From positions 1,844,816 to 1,908,815 of the forward strand of contig MU004191.1 of assembly GCA_010093605.1 (NCBI GenBank): 64,000 nt of DNA. The letters are read 5' to 3'. The translations under genes were made by a program, and so were the position numbers. Of this stretch, positions 62,954-64,000 are shown piece by piece. How positions within the stretch are numbered: position 1 is the stretch's first letter; each line of letters opens with the position of its first letter. Source of the stretch: Lophium mytilinum. Lineage: Eukaryota. The notes below the pieces were generated by a model that searched no databases, was not told the origin of the DNA, and saw only the letters and a program-made list of their open reading frames with translations.

Positions 62954-64000
62954 ATAAAGGTTGCAGCTCCTCTTAGCAGTTAGAACTCTACCCCGCTATT
63001 AATAGATTAGACACGTAGAGGCTCTATTCTAGGTGCCCTAAGCGTGCTATAAAACCTTCTTAGTATTAATAAGTTTAAGAAGTAGTATAAAGCTACTATT
63101 ACCGCCGCTAGAGCCTAAGCCTAATCTACTCTCTAACCTATTTCTATCTCTATACACTTATTAGTAAATACCTAGCTCTTTATCTAGCGCTGCTAGGCCC
63201 TTACTATCCTCTAACCTATCTTCTTATTTAATGGCAATACCTCCCTACCCTTTTAAAACTGCACTCTAACTCTCTACGCCGCTAGCTTTCTCTACTTTCT
63301 TACTACTACTAGCCCCTTTACCTCTAAGAAAGAAGCTAAAGAAGCCGCCTCTACTTTTAGCCTTACCCTTCTCTCCTCTCTTAAAGCCTTAGGTATAGTC
63401 TCCACCCCTAGTAAAACTAAAAAATATACTCTAACCCTAACTTCTACTACTACTACCTCTAAGAAACCCTAGAAAAACTTTACTAGTATTCTTATAGAAT
63501 TCTACTAAGCCTCTAAAATTTCTATTCTAACCTTTACTAAGTTTAAAGCTAGCACCTACTTCTCTACTAAGCTATTACTAGCCTTACACCGCCTAGAGGA
63601 CGCCCTCTTTAGCGGCCGCGCTATACTCTACCTATTAAAGAAAGCGGCTTATATAGCTATAGTAAGGAAGATAGTACTCTAGCTATATATAGAGATAGCT
63701 ACCTACTATATATAAGCCCGCGTCTATAAAGAAGTAGTAGAAAATAGTAGAGAGTTCTAAGAATACTATAGTATAGCTACTAGGCAGTATAGCAGCGCAG
63801 GTGCTAGCGCTAGCAAGCAAGCTAGGGCTACTGCAGCTAGAGTATTAGTAGGCGGCGCTAAGTGCGCTAGCGCCGGGGCTATCTATAGTAAGTAGTTTAT
63901 TCCCGGGGAGTAGAGTAGGTAGAGAGAATAGGGTAGTAGTAGCAGTAAGATATATAGTTAGAAAGAAGGCGGTAAGAAAGAAGTATGCGCAGTTAATAGT
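62954..64000 (+). pseudogene. RIP-inactivated triple-dsRBD protein, copy 2 (cut by window end)
   Basis: Same reading as copy 1 at +2285. It retains some ancestral bases lost in copy 1 (aatggcaa, aactgcact, agcggccgc). Confidence 0.75.

Larger units (their letters stand above)
42410..64000. repeat. AT-rich RIP-degenerated repeat compartment
   Basis: Sharp GC drop just after the SDR gene, TpA excess with near absence of CpA/TpG, stop-riddled frames and N gaps (45088-45359, 47527-47536, 61805-61814). Confidence 0.95.
59531..64000 (+). repeat. Direct duplication with 2,285-bp period (59531-61804 and 61816-window end)
   Basis: ataaagattaagcctagtattaagattaagcccggcc occurs at 59531 and 61816, and the offset stays constant at later landmarks (60841/63126). 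Copies differ mostly by transitions. Confidence 0.93.

Noticed and set aside
42410..64000. Mitochondrial insertion, contaminant or alternative genetic code
   Set aside because: TpA excess with CpA/TpG loss, and recoverable nuclear spliceosomal genes, are explained by RIP.

Overview
Fungal genomic DNA from an intron-containing ascomycete with strong RIP, probably a Dothideomycete (inferred). The window has two compartments. Bases 1-~42,400 are about 50% GC and gene-rich. They hold an ArsB/CitMHS-type transporter, two head-to-head paralogous GPI-anchored proteins, an F-box-like/ankyrin protein, a Pth11-like membrane protein, a protein kinase with an in-frame stop, a Dal5-type permease relic, several secreted proteins (zincin, TAP-like hydrolase, class 3 lipase, unknowns), NDUFB8/ASHI divergent from SWR1, and a transcription factor/SDR pair. 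Bases ~42,400-64,000 are AT-rich and RIP-mutated (TpA-rich, CpA/TpG-poor). Reversing C>T and G>A changes by eye makes three things readable there. (1) A ~12 kb multi-gene unit with a large unknown protein and a complete SNF2-family helicase. (2) At least 12 dispersed copies of a 35-bp palindrome (AGGGCCCTAGTAGAAAG-G/C-CTTTCTACTAGGGCCCT), many just downstream of GTAAG splice donors. (3) A 2,285-bp duplicated unit carrying a dead three-dsRBD gene. No transposase, integrase or RT was recognised. Together these suggest an undescribed large repeated or mobile element. All de-RIP translations are manual and need computational confirmation.
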